Positions 20,969-31,780 of a stretch of DNA of 64,000 bases are shown in pieces; within the stretch, counting starts at the first letter, position 1, and each line of letters begins with the position of its first letter. The DNA is taken from NCBI GenBank assembly GCA_963719515.1, contig CAVRCJ010000008.1, forward strand, positions 32,001 to 96,000. Reading direction: 5' to 3'. Source of the stretch: an uncultured cyanobacterium (GTDB taxonomy: Bacteria; Cyanobacteriota; Cyanobacteriia; CAKZMO01). The position numbers were made by a program, and so were the translations under genes. The notes under the pieces were generated by a model. It was not told the DNA's origin and made no database searches. It saw only the letters and a program-made list of their open reading frames with translations.

Positions 20969-21263
20969 CAATAAACTTATCCCGAAATTTGGTTTATAAC
21001 CATCAATCGAGTACAACTAATGTAAACGCCTCCCTTCCTTTCTCTAAGGTACGCTGAATGAACCTGAATCATCAACGGTAGGATGAGAGGCTAAAGCGCT
21101 ATTTATCCCTATCTTCAGCAAAGATTCATTTGAGCCTATTGAGTTCGTCCGGTATGACCTGCTGCAATGGTGTAGCGAATATAGAGTCTTGCTCTCTAAA
21201 TACTCGGTCGGCGTTGCTGCAACGCTAACTCAAATCCTAAAGTAACGTCCCGTCGCAGATGCC

Positions 21264-22409
21264 ATGTCAAAAATTCTCGTCATTGACGACGATCTAAAAG
21301 TTCTAGCCTTTCTCAAAAAGTCGCTTCAGGGACAAGACGCCGAAGTAATTGTGGCAGATGATGGCCAAACAGGACTAGATTTGGCCCGCAGTATCCGCCC
21401 CAGCTTGATCATCTGTGACTGGTTGATGCCGGGGCTAGATGGACTAGAGGTCTGCCGGCAGGTGAAAGCGGACCCTACCCTAGCAACCACCTTCTTCATC
21501 GTGCTGTCAGCCAAGGGAGGCGTTAAGGACCGCGTTCAGGGGCTCAATACCGGCGCAGATGACTTTTTAGCCAAGCCCGTCGATCTGAGCGAACTGCGGG
21601 CCAGGGTCAAAGCCGGTCTGCGGCTTCACCAGCTCAGTAAGGATCTGCAGCACCAAAAGGAGCTGCTAGAAGCTGAACTCCAGGAGGCAGCGGACTACGT
21701 GCGATCGCTGCTCCCCGCCCCAATGAAGCAGCCGCTGGAAATCACCTCTCGCTTTGTCCCTTCCCGTCAGCTGGGGGGAGACTGCTTCGACTATTATTGG
21801 CTCGACCCAGACTACCTGGCCATTTACCTGCTGGACGTCTCGGGGCACGGGCTGGGCGCTGCCCTACCCTCCATCTCAGTTCAAAACGTGCTGCGATCGC
21901 AGTCGCTTCCCGACGTCAACTTCTACCGCCCCGCTTCGGTACTGCAGGGCCTCAACGAAGCCTTTCAGATGAACGACCAGAACGATAAGTATTTCACCAT
22001 GTGGTACGGCGTCTACAACCACCGCCGGCGCTTCTTGACCTACGCCAGCGCGGGTCACCCCCCCGCTATCCTGGTTGCGGAGGATGCCGAGGGGGCGCTG
22101 CAGGCGACGCGGCTGCGCACTCCCAATCTTCCTATCGGCATGATGACCAACGCCACCTACGACGGCGATCGCTGCTCGATTCCCGTCAACAGCAGTTTGT
22201 ATGTGTTTAGCGACGGCGCGTATGAGAGCTTTGACTACAATATGGACCCAGCGGACTACGTCTGGGGCCTAGACGAGTTTGTTACGCTGCTGTTGGCTCA
22301 CCACGGCAAGAGCACCAGTCTCGACAATATCCTCTCAGACATCCGAAAAACGCGTCAGCAAAACACGTTTCCTGACGACCTCTCGCTTTTGCAGATCACC
22401 TTCATCTAA
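21264..22409 (+). CDS. Receiver + SpoIIE/PP2C phosphatase (RsbU/HmpU-like)
   Basis: REC (DDD, CDW.MP, KP) then LGGDCFD, DVSGHG, SAGHPP, FSDG, DDLS. Confidence 0.92.
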   Translation: MSKILVIDDDLKVLAFLKKSLQGQDAEVIVADDGQTGLDLARSIRPSLIICDWLMPGLDGLEVCRQVKADPTLATTFFIVLSAKGGVKDRVQGLNTGADDFLAKPVDLSELRARVKAGLRLHQLSKDLQHQKELLEAELQEAADYVRSLLPAPMKQPLEITSRFVPSRQLGGDCFDYYWLDPDYLAIYLLDVSGHGLGAALPSISVQNVLRSQSLPDVNFYRPASVLQGLNEAFQMNDQNDKYFTMWYGVYNHRRRFLTYASAGHPPAILVAEDAEGALQATRLRTPNLPIGMMTNATYDGDRCSIPVNSSLYVFSDGAYESFDYNMDPADYVWGLDEFVTLLLAHHGKSTSLDNILSDIRKTRQQNTFPDDLSLLQITFI

Positions 22410-22455
22410 ACTTTGAGAGAGATTTGAGACTTGTGCCTACGCTAGCCCATCTATC

Positions 22456-23511
22456 ATGCCGCCGCCTTGGAGCGCTCTCCACGCCCGCTTACACCACACG
22501 CTGCATCAGCGTCAGCTGCTCCCCCCGTCAAGCCGCGTCTTAGTCGCTGTCTCAGGCGGACAAGACTCCCTTGCCCTCGTGCAGCTGCTGCTGGATCTGC
22601 GGCGCAAGTGGCAGTGGACCCTAGCGATCGCCCATTGCGACCACCGCTGGCGGCCTGATTCGGCCCGCAACGCTGCCCATGTGTCTCGGCTCGCGCAGGA
22701 GTGGAAGCTACCGTGCCACCTGAGGACGGCCTCAGTCGAAGCGGCCATGACCAGCGAAGCCGCCGCCCGCGACTGGCGCTACCGGGAACTGGCTACTGTG
22801 GCCTGCGAGCAGGGCTATCCCTACCTCGTCACGGGCCATACGGCGAGCGATCGCGCTGAAACGCTGCTGTACAACCTAGTCCGGGGCAGTGGGGCAGACG
22901 GGCTGCAGGCGCTGACCTGGCGGCGGGAGCTGAAAGTGGAGCCTGCAGCTTCACTGTGGCTTGTTCGGCCTTTGCTGGACATGCTGCGCCAGGAGACGGC
23001 TCAAGTTTGCGCCACCTACCAGCTGCCGGTCTGGGACGATGAGACGAACCGGGAGCTGCGCTACGCTCGCAACCGCGTCCGCCACGAGCTATTGCCCTAT
23101 CTGGCAGCCTCATTTAATCCCAGCGTCGAGCGCACCCTAGCCCAAACCGCCGAAGTGCTGCAGGCAGACGTCGCCTACCTGGAGGCTCAAGTTGATTTGC
23201 TTTGGACCCAGGCTGTGCGGGAGTCCGACACCCAAGGTATCGCTGTGGCGCTGCAGCGATACAGCCTCCATCGTCTGGCGCTGCAAATGGCACCGCTAGC
23301 GCTACAGCGGCGCTTGCTGCGGCGACTGTTTCGCCAAGCCAGCATCGCCCCATCTTTCAAGCTGATTGAGGCTTTGCTTGGCCTTATCGATGGCCCCAAC
23401 GGATCTCAAACGTCCCCCCTTCACAGGAGCGCCATCGGCCGGGTAGAGGGGGATTGGATCGTGTTTAGGAGGCTGCCAGCTGGGGAGAAGGATCATCGTC
23501 CATCTGGCTAA
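22456..23511 (+). CDS. tilS: tRNA(Ile)-lysidine synthetase
   Basis: VAVSGGQDS, EAAARDWRY, GHTASDRAET, VRPLL, RNRVR. Confidence 0.95.
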   Translation: MPPPWSALHARLHHTLHQRQLLPPSSRVLVAVSGGQDSLALVQLLLDLRRKWQWTLAIAHCDHRWRPDSARNAAHVSRLAQEWKLPCHLRTASVEAAMTSEAAARDWRYRELATVACEQGYPYLVTGHTASDRAETLLYNLVRGSGADGLQALTWRRELKVEPAASLWLVRPLLDMLRQETAQVCATYQLPVWDDETNRELRYARNRVRHELLPYLAASFNPSVERTLAQTAEVLQADVAYLEAQVDLLWTQAVRESDTQGIAVALQRYSLHRLALQMAPLALQRRLLRRLFRQASIAPSFKLIEALLGLIDGPNGSQTSPLHRSAIGRVEGDWIVFRRLPAGEKDHRPSG

Positions 23512-25216
23512 TGGTCGTACGCGCTTCAGAGAGTGCCTGCGCATGCTCGGTCTGAGCCGTCTGTAGGCGCTCTGAGGCCTCAGACATAGACGGCAACCGG
23601 TTTCGCAAGTCATCAAACGCATCTTGAACCGGCTGGAGGATCTCTTCGTAGAGCCGAACCTTCCCCTCCGCTTGGGCGACGGCGGCGCGATCGCTCTCCA
23701 GGCTAGTATCCTCCTGCTTAAGCTGAGCTAGCTCCTCGTCTAGAGACGCCTTGCGCGCCTGAACGGCGGCTTCGGAGTCGCCGAGCTCACCTTCTAGTCC
23801 CTCAACCTCGCTCTGGAGCTCTTGAGCGCGCTGGGAGAGGGTTGCACAAACCGCATTGGCCTGAGAGAGGGCAAGGTTGGCGTCGAGATCAGTTGAACTG
23901 TCTTCTAGCGGCTGACCTTGGCGCTGCGCCAGCACGGCCCGATGGCGCTTCAGCAGCAGCTCTCGCTCTTGGAGGTTGCGGCGCTGCCCCACGAGGGTGT
24001 GGTTCAGCATTTGATAACTTTCCCTTTCGTCCGAGAGCTGGGTTTCGAGCTGTAGGCGATCGTATTCGTTAGCGCCAGCAGCCTTCGCGCTTAGCTCATC
24101 AATGGTCTGCTGCTGTAGGTTCAGCTCTTCTTCTTGAGAACTGACAAACTGAGAGCTTTTCTCAAAGTCCTGCTCAAGCTCAGCCACCTTCTTCTGCAGA
24201 GCTTCTAGCGGCATTTCCTGCAGCGCCGAGAGGTCAATTTTGTCCTCTAGAGACAGCGGCGTCCCGGGCATTCCTTTCAGCTGCTGTAGGAGATCGGCCT
24301 GCTGTTGAGCCGCAGTCGAAAACAGCTGTAGTGCCCCGCGCTGCGCCGCCAGCGTCGCCTTCTTGGCGCTAAGGCTAGCGGCCTCTTGTTGCCAAGACGC
24401 CTCTGTCTCGTGCCAGCTCTGCCAGCGAGACTGGAGCTGCTGGGCGCGCTCCTCTAGCTGCGCCTGCTGAGCGTTGAGGGTATTTCGCTGCGCTTCAAAG
24501 GTCTGCCAATGCTGCTCGAGACGCTGCTGCTGCTGTTCAACAAGCTCACCGTACTGACCTAGGGACTGGGGGAGTAGCTCAGGGGAAAGGGTATTTAGAT
24601 CGCTTAGACCCGACAGGCGCTCCAGCATCTGACGCAGATATTCCACCTGCTCGGGATCGCTACTTTGGCTGTCTCCCTGGCGCTCATCGAGCCGTCGCCG
24701 CTCTCCGTTGAGCTGCGCCCAAGCGCCCTCAAGTTCTTGGCTTTTGCGCTCAAATTCCGCCTGCAGCTGATCGACCTCGCCGCGAGCGGTCTCAATTTCC
24801 TGACGCTGTTGCTCAAGACGCTCAAAGTCCTCCTCCATCTGCTCTAGCTCTTCTTGCCGCGTCTCTAGCTCTAGCTCTCGGCGATTGAGCTCTTGGCTTT
24901 GATAGGTGAGCGACTGTTTCCACTGCTCAATTTCCTCTTCTTGAGTCTTTGACTTTTCTTGAAGTCGAGAAAAATGCTGCAGGATGTTGACCAGCTGCCG
25001 CCCCGCGTCAGAATGTCTCTGAACCTGACGGTTATTGCTCAGGTCAACCATAACGAGCGTACCGGAGCTGTACGGAACGTCGTCGGGAGCTGGGATAATG
25101 TCTTCGTTGACTGCGGCCCAGGAATTTTCCGACCGTTGACACGCGAGGAGGCGAAACTCTGCTTTGCTACTCCCGAGTACTCTGGTCTTTTTCTGTACTT
25201 CCGCTAAATACAGCAC
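23465..25216 (-). CDS. hmpF: Pilus motility/taxis coiled-coil protein HmpF
   Basis: MLYLAEVQKK...LLACQR N-terminus, EEIEQWKQSLTYQSQELNRRE, long coiled coil, divergent from the hmp/pil che-like cluster. Confidence 0.88.
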   Translation of the reverse strand: MLYLAEVQKKTRVLGSSKAEFRLLACQRSENSWAAVNEDIIPAPDDVPYSSGTLVMVDLSNNRQVQRHSDAGRQLVNILQHFSRLQEKSKTQEEEIEQWKQSLTYQSQELNRRELELETRQEELEQMEEDFERLEQQRQEIETARGEVDQLQAEFERKSQELEGAWAQLNGERRRLDERQGDSQSSDPEQVEYLRQMLERLSGLSDLNTLSPELLPQSLGQYGELVEQQQQRLEQHWQTFEAQRNTLNAQQAQLEERAQQLQSRWQSWHETEASWQQEAASLSAKKATLAAQRGALQLFSTAAQQQADLLQQLKGMPGTPLSLEDKIDLSALQEMPLEALQKKVAELEQDFEKSSQFVSSQEEELNLQQQTIDELSAKAAGANEYDRLQLETQLSDERESYQMLNHTLVGQRRNLQERELLLKRHRAVLAQRQGQPLEDSSTDLDANLALSQANAVCATLSQRAQELQSEVEGLEGELGDSEAAVQARKASLDEELAQLKQEDTSLESDRAAVAQAEGKVRLYEEILQPVQDAFDDLRNRLPSMSEASERLQTAQTEHAQALSEARTTISQMDDDPSPQLAAS

Positions 25217-25736
25217 GTTGACAATCTCCTGAATCTCTAGAACCTAATACTCCAACGTCTTACCGCACAAGCCAGTGTAACGTGACACAATTTATACACC
25301 AACCGACTACACACTGACGACTCTAGATCCCCTTTGCCGTGCCTAAGATTATGCGTGACTCTACCTGAATCGACAAGAGCGCAGCTTTTAGATGGGCCTA
25401 ACTTGGACTTTATAGCGCCCAACTTTCGAGGGCCAACGTATATTGATGTCTTTGATGTCGGACTGTTTTACAGCGAAGCCAACCTGTCGGAGGATTGCCT
25501 CCACGGAGCAAGCTACATACCAGACCAGCGCTGATGCCGTATCCTGCGGGATACTGGCAGAACATTGACTAAAATTTCCGGGAAGACCCCCAGGCATGGC
25601 GCACCCATATTATTATGCACCATCTGAACGATCTCATATTAAAGTGCTGTAATCTACAAAAGAGCGTGGTCCGCTGAGCAGTGTGGTGCTGTAGTTACTC
25701 GATGTGAAACGGTAAATAGGGGGTTGGGCTGACGGC

Positions 25737-26915
25737 ATGCAGGGAAACTTGAACGAGATAGATATTCGCAGCATCCTGCAGCTTGTCGAGCTAGGCCAGC
25801 GGACCGGAGAGCTATTTGTGGAGACGTATCAGCAAGACGCCCCACCTCACGTCGGCTCAACGCCCAAAGCCTCATGGTTTGTCTTTTTTGACAATGGCCG
25901 AATTGTTTACGCCGCCAGTGGACAAGATAGTACCCTACAGCGGCTGCGGGATTATCTGCACCGGTATCGGCTAGTATCGACTCTCGATGAACTCAGCAGT
26001 CCGGCGATCGCCACCGTCCACGCGCCCGAGTATGGCTATTTGTGGGCGCTGTTGGAGCAGCACGCCCTGACGCCCGCCCAAGGACGAGTCATTCTGCGCA
26101 GCATGATCCGGGAAACGCTGTTCGATCTCCTCGGTCTCCACGACGGCAAGTTTACGTTCGAGGTCGGTCCGTCCCTCGCGCCCCAGCTGCTGACCCTAGA
26201 TATTGGTCCTTTGGTGAAAGATATCGTCAAGCAGGTACAGCTGTGGAAGCAGCTGCACCCCCACGTGCGATCGCCAGAGGCTCGTCCCGTCGTCGTCAAT
26301 GCCGAGCCCCTTAGGCATGTCCTCAAGCCCGAAACGGTCAACGCTTTGAGTCGCTGGGCCGACGGACGCACGTCGCTCCGCCAAATCTCTCGGTATCTCA
26401 GTCAAGACATTGCCATGCTGGCCAAAGCCATCTATCCCTACGTCCAGCAGGGGGTTGTTCAACTGGCAATGCCGGACTCACTCGCCCCCTCGTCTACTCT
26501 GTTTGAGGAGCACCAGCCCTACATTCTGTGCATTGATGACGGGCTCGTCCTGCGCCAAACTGTCGAAAACATTCTCACGCACCACGGCTACCGGGTGGCC
26601 TCCATTGGGGAGCCTATTGAGGCCCTCAGCCTGACTATTCGAACTCGACCAGACCTAATTTTGTGCGACATCGCGATGCCTGAGTTAGACGGCTACGAAA
26701 TTTGCGCCATGCTCCGGCAAGTGAGCATGTTTCGGCAAACGCCGATCATCATGCTCACGGGACGAGATGGCTTTATAGATCGAGTAAGAGCTCGAATGGT
26801 GGGCGCTACGGATTATTTGACGAAGCCATTCGGCCCTCAAGAGCTCGTGACTCTAGTCGAAAAGTACAGCGCTGGAACGCAGCAGTCAGCCTTTTCGAGG
26901 GAAATCAATGCTTAG
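25737..26915 (+). CDS. pilG: PatA-type response regulator (DUF4388/PATAN + REC), HmpA/PilG-like
   Basis: MQGNLNEIDIRSILQLVELGQRTGEL; C-terminal receiver domain. Confidence 0.88.
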   Translation: MQGNLNEIDIRSILQLVELGQRTGELFVETYQQDAPPHVGSTPKASWFVFFDNGRIVYAASGQDSTLQRLRDYLHRYRLVSTLDELSSPAIATVHAPEYGYLWALLEQHALTPAQGRVILRSMIRETLFDLLGLHDGKFTFEVGPSLAPQLLTLDIGPLVKDIVKQVQLWKQLHPHVRSPEARPVVVNAEPLRHVLKPETVNALSRWADGRTSLRQISRYLSQDIAMLAKAIYPYVQQGVVQLAMPDSLAPSSTLFEEHQPYILCIDDGLVLRQTVENILTHHGYRVASIGEPIEALSLTIRTRPDLILCDIAMPELDGYEICAMLRQVSMFRQTPIIMLTGRDGFIDRVRARMVGATDYLTKPFGPQELVTLVEKYSAGTQQSAFSREINA

Positions 26916-27256
26916 CCTGCGGGGCGCAGCACTGTAACATTGGGGCATGCTGATCTAAACCCTGTGGCATCGGGCCTTTGGACGATGGAGATTCTAGCGG
27001 CTTCAGCCGCAGGGGATGTTAACGCTCTATGATAGGTAACTAAAACCATGAAGTAGTCGAGAGGCGATCGTCGCTTTGATGGTTGATCTGGCCGCTTTGC
27101 AGTCTGGTCGACAAGCCGCGTCAGCAGATAGGCGATGCCGCTGCAGAGACTTGCCTCTGGCGATCGCGGTTTTAGCAGGAGCCGTTGTCTAGTACTTGTG
27201 CGATAGGGAATAATTTTAGCTCTCTCAAGGACGAGGGGAGTGGTAGGTAAGGCAAT

Positions 27257-27622
27257 ATGAGCAAAATTCTAGTCGTTGAAGATAGCGTCACTCAGCGGGA
27301 GATGATCAGCGATTTGCTTCAGGGAAGTGGACTTGAGGTTACCGTTGCCAATGACGGGATTGACGCTTTAGAAAAAATTCAGGGACATTTGCCTGACTTA
27401 GTGGTGCTGGACATTGTGATGCCCCGCATGAATGGTTACGAAGTATGTCGCCGGCTCAAGGCAGATCCCAATACGCAGGCTGTTCCTGTGGTAATGTGCT
27501 CTTCTAAAGGGGAAGAGTTCGATCGCTATTGGGGTATGAAACAGGGCGCTGACGCCTACATCGCAAAGCCGTTTCAGCCTACTGAGCTTGTTGGGACCGT
27601 GAAGCAGCTGTTGCGAGGGTAA
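27257..27622 (+). CDS. pilH: CheY-like response regulator HmpB/PilH
   Basis: Single REC domain ending FDRYWGMKQGADAYIAKPFQPTELVGTVKQLLRG. Confidence 0.92.
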   Translation: MSKILVVEDSVTQREMISDLLQGSGLEVTVANDGIDALEKIQGHLPDLVVLDIVMPRMNGYEVCRRLKADPNTQAVPVVMCSSKGEEFDRYWGMKQGADAYIAKPFQPTELVGTVKQLLRG

Positions 27623-27762
27623 TCGTCGTTTAAATTGTCGCGTGAAAGCTATACCGTTTTCGGCTGAATTGACGTCGTGGATTGATGTCTCCCATAGACC
27701 TAAAGCCTCCCATGTAGGCTGCTTTTGCGCCCTATCTACAGTTAATATCAATCTAAATCACC

Positions 27763-28341
27763 ATGGTGGGCAATCCAGACTTTTTAACCGCAAAGGAGCA
27801 GGGGCAGGTTCCAGACATTCAGGAGCTAGATAGCCCTGAGGGTGAACTCTATCTTCGCTTTTTGACGGCGTCGGAAAGTCAGTTTGCGCTCCCCGCGACT
27901 GGCATTCTTGAGGTGGTGTCGCCATCACCAGAGCAGATTACGCCGATTCCCAACATCTCGCCGCTGCTGCTTGGCACGCTCAACATGCGTGGGCGCGTAA
28001 TTTGGGTTGCCGATTTGGGGCAATTTTTAGGGGAGGAAACGCGGCTGCCCCTTGAGCGTTTTGAGCTTCCTGTGATCGCGGTCGAAGACCAAGACATTCG
28101 CCTAGGGCTAGCGGTTGACCAAATTATTGATATGGACTGGTTGAGTCTAGATGAGATTCAGGTTTCCACTAACGTTCCCGACAGGATGGCTCCCTTTATT
28201 CGAGGAGAATGGCTGCTTCCTGACGGCGATGAGTCTGAGCGCAGTCCTGTCTCCGGGGGCCGGTCGACCCCAGCTGGAAGCCATCCCCTCAGACTTTTAG
28301 ATCAGATGGCTATTTTGCGCTCAGCTCGCTGGGCGGCTTAG
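27763..28341 (+). CDS. pilI: CheW-like protein HmpC/PilI
   Basis: MVGNPDFL..., ITPIPN...LLGTLNMRGRVIWVADL, LRSARWAA. Confidence 0.92.
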   Translation: MVGNPDFLTAKEQGQVPDIQELDSPEGELYLRFLTASESQFALPATGILEVVSPSPEQITPIPNISPLLLGTLNMRGRVIWVADLGQFLGEETRLPLERFELPVIAVEDQDIRLGLAVDQIIDMDWLSLDEIQVSTNVPDRMAPFIRGEWLLPDGDESERSPVSGGRSTPAGSHPLRLLDQMAILRSARWAA

Positions 28342-28571
28342 GCAGAGTGGCTCAGCCAAGCCAATCAGCTAGACTAAATTTAAATCTTCGGGGGATGGCG
28401 TAGATGCTGACGGGAGTATTGGACAAATAGAGACGTGCTAGACCAACGACGTGCTAAAGACTAGATACGTGATAATAGACTGCATGCCGTTCGCGCGAGC
28501 AACTCACAGTCACTCGACGTTGGTTACTAATCAAATCACGATAGAGCGCTTGTTCAAGCCGGAGAAAGGAT

Positions 28572-31550
28572 ATGGAACTAGGCACCGAGTACGCAGATGA
28601 ATACCAACGCGCAGAGCGATCGTATATGCAGGGGCATTACGAGGATGCTGCCGCTACTGTCGACCGGCTAGCCGAGGCGTATCCAGAGGATGTCAGCGTT
28701 CGCTTGCTTAAAGGCCACATCTACTGCTACGGACTGCAAAGCTACGAGATTGCCCAGGAGCAGTACAAGGCCGTCATGGCGCTGACAAGCGACGACGAAT
28801 ACTTGGACTACGCCAGGAATGGCTTGACCTACGCTAGCCAATTTACTGAGTCCCCTGATGGGGCTACGGGCGAAGGCGAGGCGGATGCACCATCCTATAG
28901 CGATGACGGCGACAGCATCAACGAGACCGTGCGGGAATCTTGGGACAGTCTAGGTCTACCAGAAGATGACGAGATTTTTTCTGCCGGTGCTGACGATCCC
29001 TTCCAGATTGACGAGGGAGAGGGGGAAGGTTCCGCTCCGCCAGAGGTGGCACCAGAGGTGGCGGTAGATGACCCTATCGTTCTTGGCAGTGGCGCTGCCG
29101 TCAGCGCTGACGGCAGCGATGACGAGCTGCAGGAATTTTCCTTCGACGATTCGGCTCTTTTTGAGGCAGATGCGCCCGCTGATGGTGAGGTAAGGCGATC
29201 GCCCCGCGCTTCTAGCGAACTCAGCTTCGATCCCTTTGCGATGGATAACTTCAACGTCTCGGAAGACGACGCAGACAGCGATGCCGAACTCGATAGCGCC
29301 GTAGAAGATTTGTTTGCCGTTGATATGGAGGGTGACACCTTAGGTGAGGTCTCGGGTGAGATGTCTCCATTTCAAGAAGATGCCTTTACGATGTCTTCGT
29401 CAGGAGGCGATGACGCTGAGCCTACGATGGTCGAGCCTGAGCCCGCCGAGCTCTACAGCGAGCCCGGCTACGACAGCTATGACCAATCGTACAGTGACGA
29501 ATCGTACAGTAGCGCCAGCGACATGCCCCTCAGCGAGGGGAGCCAAAACTTCTCTCAAGCCTTTAACGAAACAGATACGATAGACAGCCCGGCGACCGGA
29601 GCGTACCTGGACGATACGCCCTCTGAAGCTGCTTTTGAGGGGGATCTGACAGAAGAGCAGTTTAGCGCCCCGTTAGGGGATTCGGTTCCTGACGATGCGT
29701 TTGAAGACAGCGAGTTTGGGGCCTATGATGAGTCGCTGACGCCCGCGAGCTTTCCAACGACAGAGGACCCCTCCCTCGCTGACACGACTCCCTCGGCAGG
29801 ACAGGTCCGGGGTAAAGGCTTCGATTTCCTAGATGAGCTGGATGACTTTAACGAGCTAGACGATCTCCCAGACCTAGACTTCTCTGATAACTCAGCCGGG
29901 TTTGCCCGTCCGGCACAGATCGAGTCTGAAGGCGACATTGGCGATGAGGGAAGTGAGATTGGATTTGACTCATCAGAATTCTCCAGGACAGACACTGCCC
30001 TCTCCCAAGACGACGAGGTGTTTTCCCTATCGGGGACAGCCGACGACCTGCCCGCTTTTGCGCAGTCAGGGTCCCAGACCGGCGAGCTAGACGTCACGGT
30101 GGAGCAGGGTTGGCTGGCCCCCTTAGAAAACGCGTCTTTGGGAGCAAAGCGCTTTATTGTGGCTTTGGGCACGGGAATCGTGTCGGCTATAGCCGTGGCG
30201 GTGGTGAGCTACGGGGCGTCCACAGTTTTGGTGGATGAGGACGACCGTAGCGCCGTCACCCAGACGGGATGGATCATGACGCTCGCGGCTGGCGCGGCTG
30301 GATTTGGGACCTCTCTGGTGCTAGGACAGGCCGCTTATCGCTCCGTCGACAAGACCGTCAACGAGCTGCGACATCAGTTTGAGCTGGTCTCGACAGGAAA
30401 CCTCGACGCCCGGTCCAACATCTACTCAGAAGATGAGATGGGCAAGCTAGCGACTGACTTCAACCAAATGTCGCGGGTGATTCTCACGACGACCAGCGAG
30501 GCGCAGCGCAAGGCCGAAGAGCAAGAGCAGGCCAAAGAAGATCTGCAGCGGCAGGTGATTCGGCTGCTGGACGATGTGGAAGGTGCGGCTCGGGGCGATC
30601 TGACGGTGCAGGCGGAGGTCACCGCTGACGTGCTGGGTGCGGTGGCCGATTCCTTTAACCTGACGATTCAAAACCTGCGGGAAATTGTGCAGCAGGTGAA
30701 GCAGGCGGCGCGGCAGGTCAGCAAAGGGTCAACCGAAAACGAAATCTTTGCGCGATCGCTCTCTTCTGACGCCCTGCGACAGGCGGAAGAGCTGGCCGTT
30801 ACCCTCAACTCGGTACAGGTGATGACCAACTCGATTCAGCGGGTGGCCGAGAGCGCCCGTGAGGCGGAGGAAGTGGCCCGCTCCGCTTCGGCCACAGCCA
30901 TTAAGGGCGGCGAATCGGTGGAGCGCACGGTGGCGGGCATTCTGGATATTCGCGAGACGGTGGCCGAGACGACGCGTAAGGTAAAGCGCCTGTCAGAGTC
31001 CTCCCAGGAAATTTCTAAAATTGTGGCGGTGATCTCTTCTATTGCCTCACGCACCAATTTGCTGGCCCTTAACGCCAGCATTGAGGCGGCGCGGGCTGGA
31101 GAAGCGGGTCGCGGATTTGCCATCGTGGCGGATGAGGTCCGTCAGCTGGCGGACCGGGCCGCCAAGGCCTCCAAAGAAATCGAGCAGATTGTCCTGCAGA
31201 TTCAGGGGGAGACCGGCTCGGTGATGACGGCGATGGAGGAGGGCACTCAGCAGGTCATTGCGGGCACCCAGCTCGCGGAGCAGGCGAAGCGATCGCTCGA
31301 CGACATTATTCAGGTGTCTAACCGCATTGATGTCCTGGTGCGCTCAATTACGGCAGACACCGTTGAGCAAACCGAGACCTCCCGCGCGGTCGCCCAGGTG
31401 ATGCAGTCTGTGGAGCTAACCGCTCAGGAAACCTCTCAGGAAGCTCAGCGGGTGTCCGGGTCACTGCAAAATTTAGTAGGCGTTGCCCGAGATCTGCTCA
31501 ACGGTGTTGAGCGCTTCCGCGTCGACTCATCGGAAACCCATTTGAGCTAA
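28572..31550 (+). CDS. pilJ: Methyl-accepting chemotaxis protein HmpD/PilJ (TPR, acidic linker, 2 TM, HAMP, MA)
   Basis: [31 protein letters not shown] signature; N-terminal TPR. Confidence 0.95.
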   Translation: MELGTEYADEYQRAERSYMQGHYEDAAATVDRLAEAYPEDVSVRLLKGHIYCYGLQSYEIAQEQYKAVMALTSDDEYLDYARNGLTYASQFTESPDGATGEGEADAPSYSDDGDSINETVRESWDSLGLPEDDEIFSAGADDPFQIDEGEGEGSAPPEVAPEVAVDDPIVLGSGAAVSADGSDDELQEFSFDDSALFEADAPADGEVRRSPRASSELSFDPFAMDNFNVSEDDADSDAELDSAVEDLFAVDMEGDTLGEVSGEMSPFQEDAFTMSSSGGDDAEPTMVEPEPAELYSEPGYDSYDQSYSDESYSSASDMPLSEGSQNFSQAFNETDTIDSPATGAYLDDTPSEAAFEGDLTEEQFSAPLGDSVPDDAFEDSEFGAYDESLTPASFPTTEDPSLADTTPSAGQVRGKGFDFLDELDDFNELDDLPDLDFSDNSAGFARPAQIESEGDIGDEGSEIGFDSSEFSRTDTALSQDDEVFSLSGTADDLPAFAQSGSQTGELDVTVEQGWLAPLENASLGAKRFIVALGTGIVSAIAVAVVSYGASTVLVDEDDRSAVTQTGWIMTLAAGAAGFGTSLVLGQAAYRSVDKTVNELRHQFELVSTGNLDARSNIYSEDEMGKLATDFNQMSRVILTTTSEAQRKAEEQEQAKEDLQRQVIRLLDDVEGAARGDLTVQAEVTADVLGAVADSFNLTIQNLREIVQQVKQAARQVSKGSTENEIFARSLSSDALRQAEELAVTLNSVQVMTNSIQRVAESAREAEEVARSASATAIKGGESVERTVAGILDIRETVAETTRKVKRLSESSQEISKIVAVISSIASRTNLLALNASIEAARAGEAGRGFAIVADEVRQLADRAAKASKEIEQIVLQIQGETGSVMTAMEEGTQQVIAGTQLAEQAKRSLDDIIQVSNRIDVLVRSITADTVEQTETSRAVAQVMQSVELTAQETSQEAQRVSGSLQNLVGVARDLLNGVERFRVDSSETHLS

Positions 31551-31706
31551 GCTTTGAGGTAACCCGTTTAGGTTAGTCCGGGTTAACCTAAAAATGGGCC
31601 TGACAATGAGTCAGGGGTACCGTTTAGGTCGCGCTGATCGAACCGCTGCCGTGAATGGGTACGTTATCGAGACCCGCGCCGCCATCCCATCAACGCTGAG
31701 GCTACA

Positions 31707-31751
31707 GCACTTCGCTGAATGGCACTTCGCTGAACGGCACATCACCAAAAG
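31707..31751 (+). repeat. Three 15-bp tandem repeats (gcacttcgctgaa.g)
   Basis: Direct repeats just upstream of the hmpE start. Confidence 0.7.
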
Positions 31752-31780
31752 GCGCATTACGTGTTCAAGGGGGTACTTCA

